From Candidatus Aenigmatarchaeota archaeon (GTDB taxonomy: Archaea; Aenigmatarchaeota; Aenigmatarchaeia; Aenigmatarchaeales; JACQIB01): a DNA stretch of 64,000 nt. A program made the position numbers and the translations under genes. Location: NCBI GenBank assembly GCA_016198755.1, contig JACQIB010000004.1:91192-155191 (forward strand), given 5' to 3'. This document shows positions 28,238-36,336 of this stretch, piece after piece; positions within the stretch are counted from its first letter, which is position 1, and each line of letters begins with the position of its first letter. Under the pieces are notes generated by a model, which did no database searches, was not told where the DNA came from, and saw only the letters and a list, made by a program, of their open reading frames with translations.

Positions 28238-28821
28238 TTTTCTAACACCACTATGCCAGTTTTTATATTTTCTAAAAGTTTCTTGTTTTTTTCACTCTCA
28301 AACTTTTTAGGCGTGTATATAATGAAGGATAGTTTATTTCCATATCTGCGCAGGCATCTATTATCCAGATCAGCTAACATATTAAGGAGCTTATCATTTT
28401 CCCTATCCACCAATACAAATAGGTCTATATCACTCTCTGGCATATCATTTTCTTCTGAAACAGAGCCGAAAATAATAGCTTTTCTTACTTCATTTATGGT
28501 TTGCAGTTTCAATAATTCCCTTCTTAAATCTTTAAGCGGAGTGTCTCCATCCTTCCATTTCTCAAAAATATGGTTTATAAAATCATATGCATAGCTCTCC
28601 TTATTTACGCTCCACATAAAGGCGGTTCCAATGCGCGTGGATTTTATAAAGTTGGCATCTTGAAAAGACTTAAGACTTTTACTAACTGCCGCATTAGATA
28701 CTCCAAGTATTCTTGCAGTTTCCCGCTCACTGCCTATCACATCACTTCTTATTAATTCCTGCAGTAATAAAATCTTTATCTTCGACCCCATAAGGTTGCA
28801 TGCGAAATCTCTGAATTGCAT
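28234..28821 (-). CDS. wHTH-fused minimal nucleotidyltransferase (MNT antitoxin-like), module 3
   Basis: The N-terminal wHTH is SKIKILLLQELI ... ETARILGVSNAAVSKSLKSFQDANFI. The NTase motif is FGSVSEENDMPESDIDLFVLV. Confidence 0.75.
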   Translation of the reverse strand: MQFRDFACNLMGSKIKILLLQELIRSDVIGSERETARILGVSNAAVSKSLKSFQDANFIKSTRIGTAFMWSVNKESYAYDFINHIFEKWKDGDTPLKDLRRELLKLQTINEVRKAIIFGSVSEENDMPESDIDLFVLVDRENDKLLNMLADLDNRCLRRYGNKLSFIIYTPKKFESEKNKKLLENIKTGIVVLEK

Positions 28822-28828
28822 ACTTTTA

Positions 28829-28865
28829 TTAACTATTGTTAATATTTAAAGTTAACTATTGTTAA
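28829..28865. promoter_or_regulatory. Direct repeat TTAACTATTGTTAA x2 flanking the module 3 TATA box
   Basis: Identical 14-mers lie at 28829-28842 and 28852-28865, 23 bp apart. They flank the TATA box (28842-50, ATATTTAAA on plus), which is centred about 26 nt upstream of the start at 28821. Each repeat contains or abuts a GTTAAC palindrome. Confidence 0.5.
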
Positions 28866-28877
28866 CTTTTATTAACA

Positions 28878-29795
28878 CTACAAGGCAAGTGCTTCCATAA
28901 GCTCATCTGGGTTTATTATAGGCTTTGAAAACTGTATTCTGTCTTCTATAGCTATTCTCGGACAGGCTGTATTTACAATGCAGTCCACTGGAAAATCTTC
29001 TATTTTTTCTGGTTTGAGCTCATCGCATGCAAAAATATAGGCTGTCTTCCCTTTCTTTTCTATTATACTCTTTAAGTCCCGCGCAGAAAAGAACTTCTGC
29101 CCTGGTTTTGTGCTGATAACAATCCCAAAAGTTTTAGAATCTTTAGCTCTGCTAACAGCAACTGCTTTCTGTTTAAAAAACAGTTCTTTTGCAGCCTCAG
29201 CTGACCTGATTTCCCCCCGTTCGATATCCAGCAGGAACAGTGGTTTTTTGGTTTCCAAAGCAACAGCAAGCGCATGGAATTTTCCTGATCCCAAAGAAAC
29301 AAAACAGTCAACTTTACCGGCAACAGAAAGCCCAGCATTCCCATCGCACCCTAAAAGCTGCCCAGAATGTAGTTCAGGCTTGTCCCCATAGGGTTTTTCA
29401 GATTTTCCTATTTCCACTTTCTTTCCTTTTGTTTCTAACAGTTCTTTCAAAACAGGCAGCCAGTCTAAAAATTGCAGGCTTGAAACCAATCCAAAGCTTT
29501 TGAATTGTTCTATTTGTTTCCAGTCCCTTTCAAGTATAGTTTTTAATCGTATGCTGTCGCAGGGAAGCCTGTATTCTATAAACTCTACAGGGATTTTGCT
29601 GTTTACAAACTTAACATGTCCATAATGGACAATCTTGTCACACCCTAAAGAGAGAGCCTCGGAGTCGCGCAAATCACAGGCTCCAAAGCAGTTCTCTGCT
29701 GAAATTATAACTTCATTTCCCTGTTTTTCAAGCTCAGAAGCATAGGCTAAAGCCTGTTTTCTTAGTCCAGCAGGTACCTGTATAAGTATTCTCAT
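28878..29795 (-). CDS. dph2: Diphthamide biosynthesis radical-SAM enzyme Dph2
   Basis: The product is colinear with archaeal Dph2: ILIQVPAGLR, FGACD......LGCD.IVHYGH, GQLLGC, LGSGKFHALAVAL and ACPRIAIED. Confidence 0.85.
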   Translation of the reverse strand: MRILIQVPAGLRKQALAYASELEKQGNEVIISAENCFGACDLRDSEALSLGCDKIVHYGHVKFVNSKIPVEFIEYRLPCDSIRLKTILERDWKQIEQFKSFGLVSSLQFLDWLPVLKELLETKGKKVEIGKSEKPYGDKPELHSGQLLGCDGNAGLSVAGKVDCFVSLGSGKFHALAVALETKKPLFLLDIERGEIRSAEAAKELFFKQKAVAVSRAKDSKTFGIVISTKPGQKFFSARDLKSIIEKKGKTAYIFACDELKPEKIEDFPVDCIVNTACPRIAIEDRIQFSKPIINPDELMEALAL

Positions 29796-29828
29796 GAGAA
29801 AAGCTGCAGCTGGAAAGCTCTTAAAGCT

Positions 29829-30602
29829 TTATCCAGTGAGAAAACGCGAATAATCTATAATATTCAAATACTGCAAAACAAACGGGAGAACTATAAGCAA
29901 AGCAATTATAATTGCAGCCGCCTGCAGCCCTTTGCGCATGCCAGCTTCCCTGAACCCAAAAGCCGCCCCAGCTATAATTCCTCCTATATGCGCCCCATAA
30001 GCAATATTACTCGCAATTCCTCCAAGAGTGGCAAAGAAAGCTATAAAGTTAAAAGCAGTATAAAAGACAGCAGCAAGTATCAGCGGGACAGGTATAATAT
30101 AGGGGTAAAAAACAAGGTTAAAGGGCCTCATAATCATTGCCCCGCCCATAAGCCCGAAAATTGCTGCTGAAGCCCCAATAGTTGGTATTGTTGCAGAGCC
30201 AAAACCCAGCAAAGCTGTAAATGAAATAACAAGGTCTCCAACCAGTCCGGAAACAAAGAAAATGGCCAGATATTTCTTCCAGTTTACAGATTCCTCAACA
30301 GCTCTCCCAAAGAAATACAAAGCAAGGAGATTAACAACAATATGCTCAACCCCACCGTGCAGGAAAATTGAGGTCAGCAGCGTCCACCACTTACCCTGCA
30401 AAAGTCCCTGTAAAGAAAATCCAAACCCATCTATAAGGGCTTTTTCAGCTACAGCTCCCTGCAAAAAATAAACAAGCCCCTCATAGAAATAGACAGCAAC
30501 AATAACACCCATTAAAATATAGGTCAGTCTTGGTTCCTTTTCTTTGTGCAGTTCAAAAGGCATAAACAGCTTTGTTAGGCTGGGAATAAAAACATACCTC
30601 AA
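29829..30602 (-). CDS. Rhomboid-family intramembrane serine protease
   Basis: WWTLLTSIFLHGGVEHIVVNLLALYFFG, the Ser motif GASAAIFGLMG and the His motif AHIGGIIAG are present. The true start may be the Met 13 codons downstream. Confidence 0.85.
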   Translation of the reverse strand: MRYVFIPSLTKLFMPFELHKEKEPRLTYILMGVIVAVYFYEGLVYFLQGAVAEKALIDGFGFSLQGLLQGKWWTLLTSIFLHGGVEHIVVNLLALYFFGRAVEESVNWKKYLAIFFVSGLVGDLVISFTALLGFGSATIPTIGASAAIFGLMGGAMIMRPFNLVFYPYIIPVPLILAAVFYTAFNFIAFFATLGGIASNIAYGAHIGGIIAGAAFGFREAGMRKGLQAAAIIIALLIVLPFVLQYLNIIDYSRFLTG

Positions 30603-30647
30603 TAAAAAGCCTATTTAAGCATTCAAATAGCATTAGAAAATGATTTT

Positions 30648-31205
30648 ATGCCTTATGTACCTGTCACAGGGAAAACTCTTGTAGTAAATAGCGTAATCTA
30701 TTCTGAAGTTTTTCCTTTTGCACACCCATCATACTACAGAGTATCTCTCTACCAGCTAAAAGCACATGAAAATATTGTAGATAAACATGTAAGAGAGGTT
30801 GCACAGCAAATTAGGGATGCTGGCAGATTAAACAGGCCAATACCAGTTTCCCGATGGTTTTGCAGTGATGGAGCTGGTATAAAATACTCAGATGTTGTTC
30901 TGGATGGTCACCACAGGCTTGCTGCACTTAATCTTTTGCTTGGTGATGGGTATAATATAGATCGTGTTCCGGTGCATGTTGTAGAATATACTTCTGACAG
31001 GGTTCAGTTAGGGCTCTGGCCAACCGCGAAAATAGCAAGAGTAGAAAAAATGGATGTGGTAGCAGCAGGACTCAGTGGCAGGTTAATGGAACCAAAAACC
31101 ACAAAACACCTTTTTAATCCACCCCTGCCTGAAGAACCAACTCCTTTAGAAGAGCTGCGCGATCCAGATAGAAGAGTTGTTCCAACAAATGCTGGTTCTT
31201 GTTAG
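30648..31205 (+). CDS. ParB/sulfiredoxin-fold domain protein
   Basis: VVLDGHHRLAALN is the DGHHR signature of the ParB N-terminal / Srx fold. No HTH was recognised. Confidence 0.5.
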   Translation: MPYVPVTGKTLVVNSVIYSEVFPFAHPSYYRVSLYQLKAHENIVDKHVREVAQQIRDAGRLNRPIPVSRWFCSDGAGIKYSDVVLDGHHRLAALNLLLGDGYNIDRVPVHVVEYTSDRVQLGLWPTAKIARVEKMDVVAAGLSGRLMEPKTTKHLFNPPLPEEPTPLEELRDPDRRVVPTNAGSC

Positions 31206-31735
31206 GCTGTATTTTCCTTAGTTATAGAGCACAAACCTGAAAGCTTATGTGTAGCTCTTCTCAGAGCTTCTTTTACAATATCATCTTTTCCTGCAGGAAC
31301 GCGTGCAGTCATTATTCTTTGTTCCGGATAAACACGCGCAGCCTGACCAATAGGCTTTCCCCAGCTCATTCTCATTCCCTGAGAAAACCTGTCAGCACCA
31401 GCTCCTGTAGCCATTGGATTATTTCTTAAAACATGATGTGGAAAAGGTCTGATTTTCAAAAAGAATCCAGTCTCACCAAGAGATGCTGTAAGGTATTTTG
31501 TGGCAGACTGCCGTGCAGCTTCAAGGCAGTTTGAGCGGAGCTGGCGTTCCTCATTTATAACAATGCTGTAAACCAATGGAAAGCGAGAATGGTTTTTAAT
31601 ATCTCCCATCTCAAACTGATGTATCTTGCTTACAGGAACTCCTTTCACATAGCTTCTCCTCGGTTTTGAAATAGAAATACGTGTAAACGGTTTCTTTGAT
31701 ATGTGGTGAAAACATCTTCCTGGTATCAATCCCAT
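31202..31735 (-). CDS. rpl10e: 50S ribosomal protein L10e (uL16)
   Basis: PGRCFHHISKKPFTRISISKPRRSYVKGVPVSKIHQFEMGD at the N-terminus and GAGADRFSQGMR.SWGKP in the middle are typical of archaeal L10e. Confidence 0.9.
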   Translation of the reverse strand: MGLIPGRCFHHISKKPFTRISISKPRRSYVKGVPVSKIHQFEMGDIKNHSRFPLVYSIVINEERQLRSNCLEAARQSATKYLTASLGETGFFLKIRPFPHHVLRNNPMATGAGADRFSQGMRMSWGKPIGQAARVYPEQRIMTARVPAGKDDIVKEALRRATHKLSGLCSITKENTA

Positions 31736-31787
31736 CTAAATCCCCTGCCCTTATACTGCGCGGGTCTTTATAAAACTTCCCCATACC

Positions 31788-31988
31788 CTAATGCATGCTT
31801 GCAGGCTTGTATCCATTTGGACGGAGTGAAGAAGCAGTCGGTTCAAACTTATCTTTCTGTATTTTATATAAAAAATCATCCAGTTTCAAAGGTATAGTCC
31901 CCTTATCAAGCGCGTCCTCATAATGTTTTCTATAACTTTCAAGCACTTCTGCAGGTACAACAAGCACATCACTTGGGGCAGCTGTCAT
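31788..31988 (-). CDS. Small hypothetical protein (66 aa)
   Basis: This ORF fills the gap upstream of rpl10e. It has no recognisable motif. Confidence 0.25.
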   Translation of the reverse strand: MTAAPSDVLVVPAEVLESYRKHYEDALDKGTIPLKLDDFLYKIQKDKFEPTASSLRPNGYKPASMH

Positions 31989-32050
31989 AATAATCTGGAT
32001 AATTAGAGTTAAGAAGCAAATAAAAAGCTTATGTATCCTTAGATGTAGAT

Positions 32051-33220
32051 TTAAAACCAGCCACTTTTCTTTTCTTCATCGGATTTTTCAGTCTTCCAGT
32101 GCATAGCAAGCTTGTTCATCCCTATTTCCACAGAAGCAGAATCATTCCCAACACCACACGTGTTTCCAACTCCAATTATAAGTATTTTTTCCTTTGTTCC
32201 GGCGCGTTGCACAGCAGCTTCCACCATTTTCAAAGCCTGCGGTGCAGCCTCAACCAGCTCCCTTTTCATCACTGATAAAGCATCCTCATCTGAAACTTTT
32301 ACAGCAACCGCATCCAAAGGAATTCTTTTAGCAAGAGCAACCTCTTCTATCTCATATCTATCTACTCCACTTCCGCCCATAGCAACTCCAACACCCTCTG
32401 CTAAAGATCCCGTTTTCTCCCCTTCCATTTTCAGAGCAGCATCCACTGTAATAATCCTGTCAATTTTCTGCTTTTTCAAAAGCTTTAGCAAAAACTTCCC
32501 TGGATAACCAGTTGAAGCCCCCGGACCAAGAGCTTTTGAAACAAAAACATTCCTCCCTGCAATTTTTGCTTCTCCCAGCACAAATTCCTCTTCAGTAAAT
32601 CTTGTTACTTTTTTCATCATTCTAGCAGCAATCAACGGCCCAATTCCATCCCCAACAGGCATCCCATCAGCAAAAGCTTTTGTAGCTCGCACAGCAGCCT
32701 TTGCTACCCTTACAATAAGCGGTATCTGCATCTGCAAAATCATTGCCAGCTGGAAAATCTTGTACTTCTTTATTGTTTCCAAGAAGTGGCGCACAATTTT
32801 AGCTATCTGGTAGGATTGCATTGCTCCCAGCAAAGCATCCTTTATGTTAGCTTTTTGGATATCAGAAGCCTGCGGAGCAATCTGGTTCACAAAATACGTA
32901 AACCTATAGTCCATCTGCCGCACAACCATGTCTACCTTTTTTACAATACCATACGGATCCATATCCACAGGTGAAACAGCAAAGAATTCCATAAAGTTTT
33001 TAACAGCTATTTTTTGTTCTTTTGTAGGCTTTCTGGACACAGCATGCAAAGCAATGCTCCTGCTCTTTTCAGCCATACCCTCCAGTTCAGCCACATCTTT
33101 TTCCAGCTTCCAGATTGTTTGTGTAGTCATTAACCGCGGATAAAGAAAAATCATAACCATGAAAAGTATAAAGTAAATTATATTAAGCAGGCCATCCCCG
33201 CCCCCTATCTGCGAAAGCAT
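32051..33220 (-). CDS. Conserved archaeal membrane-anchored protein (possibly DUF1512-like)
   Basis: The N-terminal TM is LLNIIYFILFMVMIFLYP, followed by a helical region and a Gly-rich alpha/beta domain (GPGASTGYPG ... GVAMGGSGVD ... IIGVGNTCGVGN). The family assignment comes from memory of the N-terminal layout only. Confidence 0.3.
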   Translation of the reverse strand: MLSQIGGGDGLLNIIYFILFMVMIFLYPRLMTTQTIWKLEKDVAELEGMAEKSRSIALHAVSRKPTKEQKIAVKNFMEFFAVSPVDMDPYGIVKKVDMVVRQMDYRFTYFVNQIAPQASDIQKANIKDALLGAMQSYQIAKIVRHFLETIKKYKIFQLAMILQMQIPLIVRVAKAAVRATKAFADGMPVGDGIGPLIAARMMKKVTRFTEEEFVLGEAKIAGRNVFVSKALGPGASTGYPGKFLLKLLKKQKIDRIITVDAALKMEGEKTGSLAEGVGVAMGGSGVDRYEIEEVALAKRIPLDAVAVKVSDEDALSVMKRELVEAAPQALKMVEAAVQRAGTKEKILIIGVGNTCGVGNDSASVEIGMNKLAMHWKTEKSDEEKKSGWF

Positions 33221-33290
33221 GGGCTTACTTTGTTTGTAGCTGTATATAAACCTTTTCTGCCCTCGCGCAGAGTGCTTTCCTTTGGAAAGC

Positions 33291-34892
33291 TTAACGCTTA
33301 TTCTTCCTGCGTTTTATTACTATTATAAAAAACTCCCTGTAAACTACAACAGATACAAACGCAACAGCAACCCCTATAACAATTATTACAGGAAGTGCTG
33401 GAAGTTCCTCTATTGGCTGCGAAACTATATCCACTCTCTTTTCAATAGTCTCTGTCCCACTCTCATTCTGGATAGTTATCTGCAGTGAGGTTGGGAGTAT
33501 TCCATTTTCACTTGAAGCAATTTCTATTTCCACTTCCCTCTCTTCCCCAGCAGCCAGAGTGAGAGTTATTGGCTTTGTTAAAACAGTTATTCCTTGTTGT
33601 GGTTTAAGCAAAACTGTAATATTTACTGTACTATTCTGGGTGTTCTTTACAAGTATACGAACCTTACCACCTATTATTCCAGTTATCAAAACAGGCGTTT
33701 CAATTCTATTGATATCCAGCCCTCTATAAACCGCGGGTGTAATAGTAAATATTCCCAATGTTCTCACTTCTGTACCGCCGGCAGAAGCCTTGTAAGCAAA
33801 TGGATAGTTCTTTACTCCAGCTTCTTTCGGAGGCTTAAAAAGAACAGAAAAAGCCTGTTCCTGCCCGGGCTTCAGTATCATAGACACGGGCTTTACTTCA
33901 AACCAGCTTTTATTCAATCCTTCTATATCCAGATAAAGCAGAAGTGGAGAGGAAGAGTTGTAAAAGCTTGAGATAGAAACTGTAGTGAAAATAAAGTCCC
34001 CAGCCGAAACCCTTACCTCATCCTGATATTTTGTTATGTTCAGCTTTGGCTGGGTTGGTTGTAATGTTGTTGTGGTTTCTGTAACAGCAGCTCCGCCTCC
34101 TGCCCCTCCAACACCTTTTGATCCCCCAGACTCAGGTGAAGCCACTACAGTAAATGTATCAAATGCTGTTACATAATAGTCAGCTGAGTGTGCAGTGGCA
34201 GAAAGCCTGTAAGAACCTGGAGTTGGGGGAGCTGTAAACTTTACTATCCTTGTGTATGTCTGCCCGTTGCTAAGTGCAACAACATACTGCCCCAGCTCAG
34301 TTGTAAGAGAATAGTTTACTGTAGTGTCAACAGTGCCCGAGGAAAAGCTGCTTACAGTTATATTGGCTGACACTGAACCGAAAGATACTGGAGACTTGTC
34401 TATTACCTCCACAAAAACATCATATACAGGGGAGTTTGCTGTAAAGTTTGTTATATTGCTATCCCAGAGAACGCTGCGCGTTCCATTGTAAATCTGTGTT
34501 GTTATCTGATAGAGGCCAGTGGTATTCGGGATGAAGTTTACAGAACAGTTTTTTAGACTATTGGATGCAACTGTTAAAGAGCAGCTTGTATTCTGGAAAA
34601 CTCCCAGAGTGTTATTCATTGTAAGGTTTATAAAAAGCAAATCTCCAAGGTTTCCTGTATTCTGCACTGTTGCTGTAACATTAATTGAGCTGTTTGCACG
34701 AGGAGAAGGTGTTATGTTCAGGTCTGTAAACCTGCCCACTGCAAGGCTCTGTATGCTTGCATTTGATGTAACAGGCTCTGTTTGCTGGGTAACATATGCT
34801 ACAGTCGATAATAGTGGGAAGAAAACGTATATTAAAAGGAAAAGAACTGCAACAAAAGCAATCTCCCAGTCTCCAGTAGTTTTAGCATGCAT
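33291..34892 (-). CDS. Doubly anchored surface protein with CARDB/NEW3-like beta-sandwich repeats
   Basis: There is an N-terminal TM (IAFVAVLFLLIYVFFPLL) and a C-terminal TM plus basic tail (LPVIIVIGVAVAFVSVVVY...KRRKNKR). Segments such as INVTATVQNTGNLGD and KSWFEVKPVSMILKPGQEQAFSVLF are typical of CARDB/NEW3-type domains. The protein has many sequons. Confidence 0.55.
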   Translation of the reverse strand: MHAKTTGDWEIAFVAVLFLLIYVFFPLLSTVAYVTQQTEPVTSNASIQSLAVGRFTDLNITPSPRANSSINVTATVQNTGNLGDLLFINLTMNNTLGVFQNTSCSLTVASNSLKNCSVNFIPNTTGLYQITTQIYNGTRSVLWDSNITNFTANSPVYDVFVEVIDKSPVSFGSVSANITVSSFSSGTVDTTVNYSLTTELGQYVVALSNGQTYTRIVKFTAPPTPGSYRLSATAHSADYYVTAFDTFTVVASPESGGSKGVGGAGGGAAVTETTTTLQPTQPKLNITKYQDEVRVSAGDFIFTTVSISSFYNSSSPLLLYLDIEGLNKSWFEVKPVSMILKPGQEQAFSVLFKPPKEAGVKNYPFAYKASAGGTEVRTLGIFTITPAVYRGLDINRIETPVLITGIIGGKVRILVKNTQNSTVNITVLLKPQQGITVLTKPITLTLAAGEEREVEIEIASSENGILPTSLQITIQNESGTETIEKRVDIVSQPIEELPALPVIIVIGVAVAFVSVVVYREFFIIVIKRRKNKR

Positions 34893-34930
34893 AAAAGAAT
34901 TGCGCTGCGCCCGCTTAAAAGGCTTATCCC

Positions 34931-35593
34931 CTACTTTTTCTTTCCAAGCTTTTTCTTCAATTCCTGTTCCTGTTTCTTTAATTCAGCTAACTTTTCAGTA
35001 GCGGATATTTTGCCAGCTTTTTCCCTTCCCAGTTTAACAGTCCTGTATCCGGAAACAAGCTTTCTGCGTTCCAAGAAAACACCTATTGCTGTTGCAACAG
35101 CTCCTATGGCTGTTATAAAACCTGAAAACATCCCCCATTCCCCAACGAAAACGCTTAATGGAGCCTGTACAGAAGCGCCTACAGCAGAGCCTGTTGCAGC
35201 CAAATTAGTTCCTGGAGCATATGAAGCCAAGACCTTTCCTTTATACTGGGCAGGCATAAAAGGCGGGAATCTGGCTGTTGGTGCGGAAAAACAGACTTTC
35301 ACGGCCCTTCCATCGCGTGGCATTGTTTTTGCAGGTACAGCTACTGCTGCTGGCTCTGTTCTTGTAACCATTCCGGAAATATCCCCCTCCACTTTTATAG
35401 AGGCAACAACATCTGTATCAAACGGATTGTAAATATAGTATTGTGTGCAGGTTTCTTTCAGGTCTGGCACTCCAATAGCTTCCTGATCCCATCTCAGCCC
35501 AACACCAATATACTGCGCAGAAGCTAAAGTAGGCAGCAGTGATATGGGTATGGCAAAAGCAAGTAAAAGTAATAATGCCCGTTTATTTCCCAT
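34931..35593 (-). CDS. Secreted beta-rich protein with C-terminal TM anchor and Lys-rich cytoplasmic tail
   Basis: The Sec signal peptide is MGNKRALLLLLAFAIPISLLPTLASA (start at an internal Met; the longer ORF to 35653 would overlap the upstream gene). The C-terminal TM is FSGFITAIGAVATAIGVFL. The tail is KLAELKKQEQELKKKLGKKK. Confidence 0.55.
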   Translation of the reverse strand: MGNKRALLLLLAFAIPISLLPTLASAQYIGVGLRWDQEAIGVPDLKETCTQYYIYNPFDTDVVASIKVEGDISGMVTRTEPAAVAVPAKTMPRDGRAVKVCFSAPTARFPPFMPAQYKGKVLASYAPGTNLAATGSAVGASVQAPLSVFVGEWGMFSGFITAIGAVATAIGVFLERRKLVSGYRTVKLGREKAGKISATEKLAELKKQEQELKKKLGKKK

Positions 35594-35624
35594 ATTTTGA
35601 ACTTTGTTTTCCATATTTATAACC

Positions 35625-36263
35625 TCAACAGGCTGTTTCATTTTCAGTTCCAAGGAAGTTTACTGTATTGTTGTAAATACCAGCGCGCTGGCCTGAAGGT
35701 ATTGTTAACCAAAATCTAAAACTGATAACAGTACCTGCCACGCTGTCATTTCCAATACCATCTATATATTTTTTAGCAGTGTCTATTGCAATGCCTGTGC
35801 CCAAGAACGGGTCGCGCGGGGCAGTAACGCTTGGTGCATTTACTGTATAGTTTGAGGCATTAAAGAGGAAGTTTATGTTTGGTATTGTTGCTGTATCTCC
35901 TCCGGATATATTGGTCAGGTTCGCATTATCATAAATACAGATATCCACTCCCACGTTTGTAGTGGAGGAAATAGATATATTGTACATAGATAGATTTCCG
36001 CCCGCATAGTTTGTTTGATTGTAGTTTCCAGAAGCATTATTGTTGCTTGTTCCAGGGTTTACAGCGCCAAATGCAATTCCGGCAGATAAATTTGTTGTAA
36101 TTCCCAGTGCAACGAACTTGTTTATGCTTACATTAGCTGTTGTGCTCTGTGTATCTGTGGTAGCAAAGCCTGTTAGCTTGCCTCCGAATGAAAACAAAGA
36201 GAGGGAAATTGCCATTAGCAAAAACACTGTTACCGTCAATATTTTAGCCCTGTTGTCTCCCAT
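35625..36263 (-). CDS. Small secreted protein homologous to the C-terminal domain of the giant protein (candidate filament subunit)
   Basis: The signal peptide or anchor is KILTVTVFLLMAISLSLFSF, followed by GGKLTGFATTDTQ. The mature part aligns by eye with the last ~170 aa of the 2708-aa protein: LGITTNLSAGIAFGAVNPGTS vs LGLSTNLSAPIGYDVINPGTT, and FRFWLTIPSGQRAGIYNNTVNF vs FKFRLAIPTGQTPGLYNNSIIF. Confidence 0.6.
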   Translation of the reverse strand: MGDNRAKILTVTVFLLMAISLSLFSFGGKLTGFATTDTQSTTANVSINKFVALGITTNLSAGIAFGAVNPGTSNNNASGNYNQTNYAGGNLSMYNISISSTTNVGVDICIYDNANLTNISGGDTATIPNINFLFNASNYTVNAPSVTAPRDPFLGTGIAIDTAKKYIDGIGNDSVAGTVISFRFWLTIPSGQRAGIYNNTVNFLGTENETAC

Positions 36264-36336
36264 ACTATCACATTATTTTTTAACTATTTAAGCCTTGATT
36301 TTGTCTTATTTTTACTATATGTTTTTATATTCCCTC

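Noticed and set aside
34519-35432. Two plus-strand ORFs (160 and 181 aa) overlap the 533-aa and 240-aa genes.
   Set aside because: They are antisense to genes that have clear signal peptides and TM anchors. Their products are compositionally odd and have no independent support.
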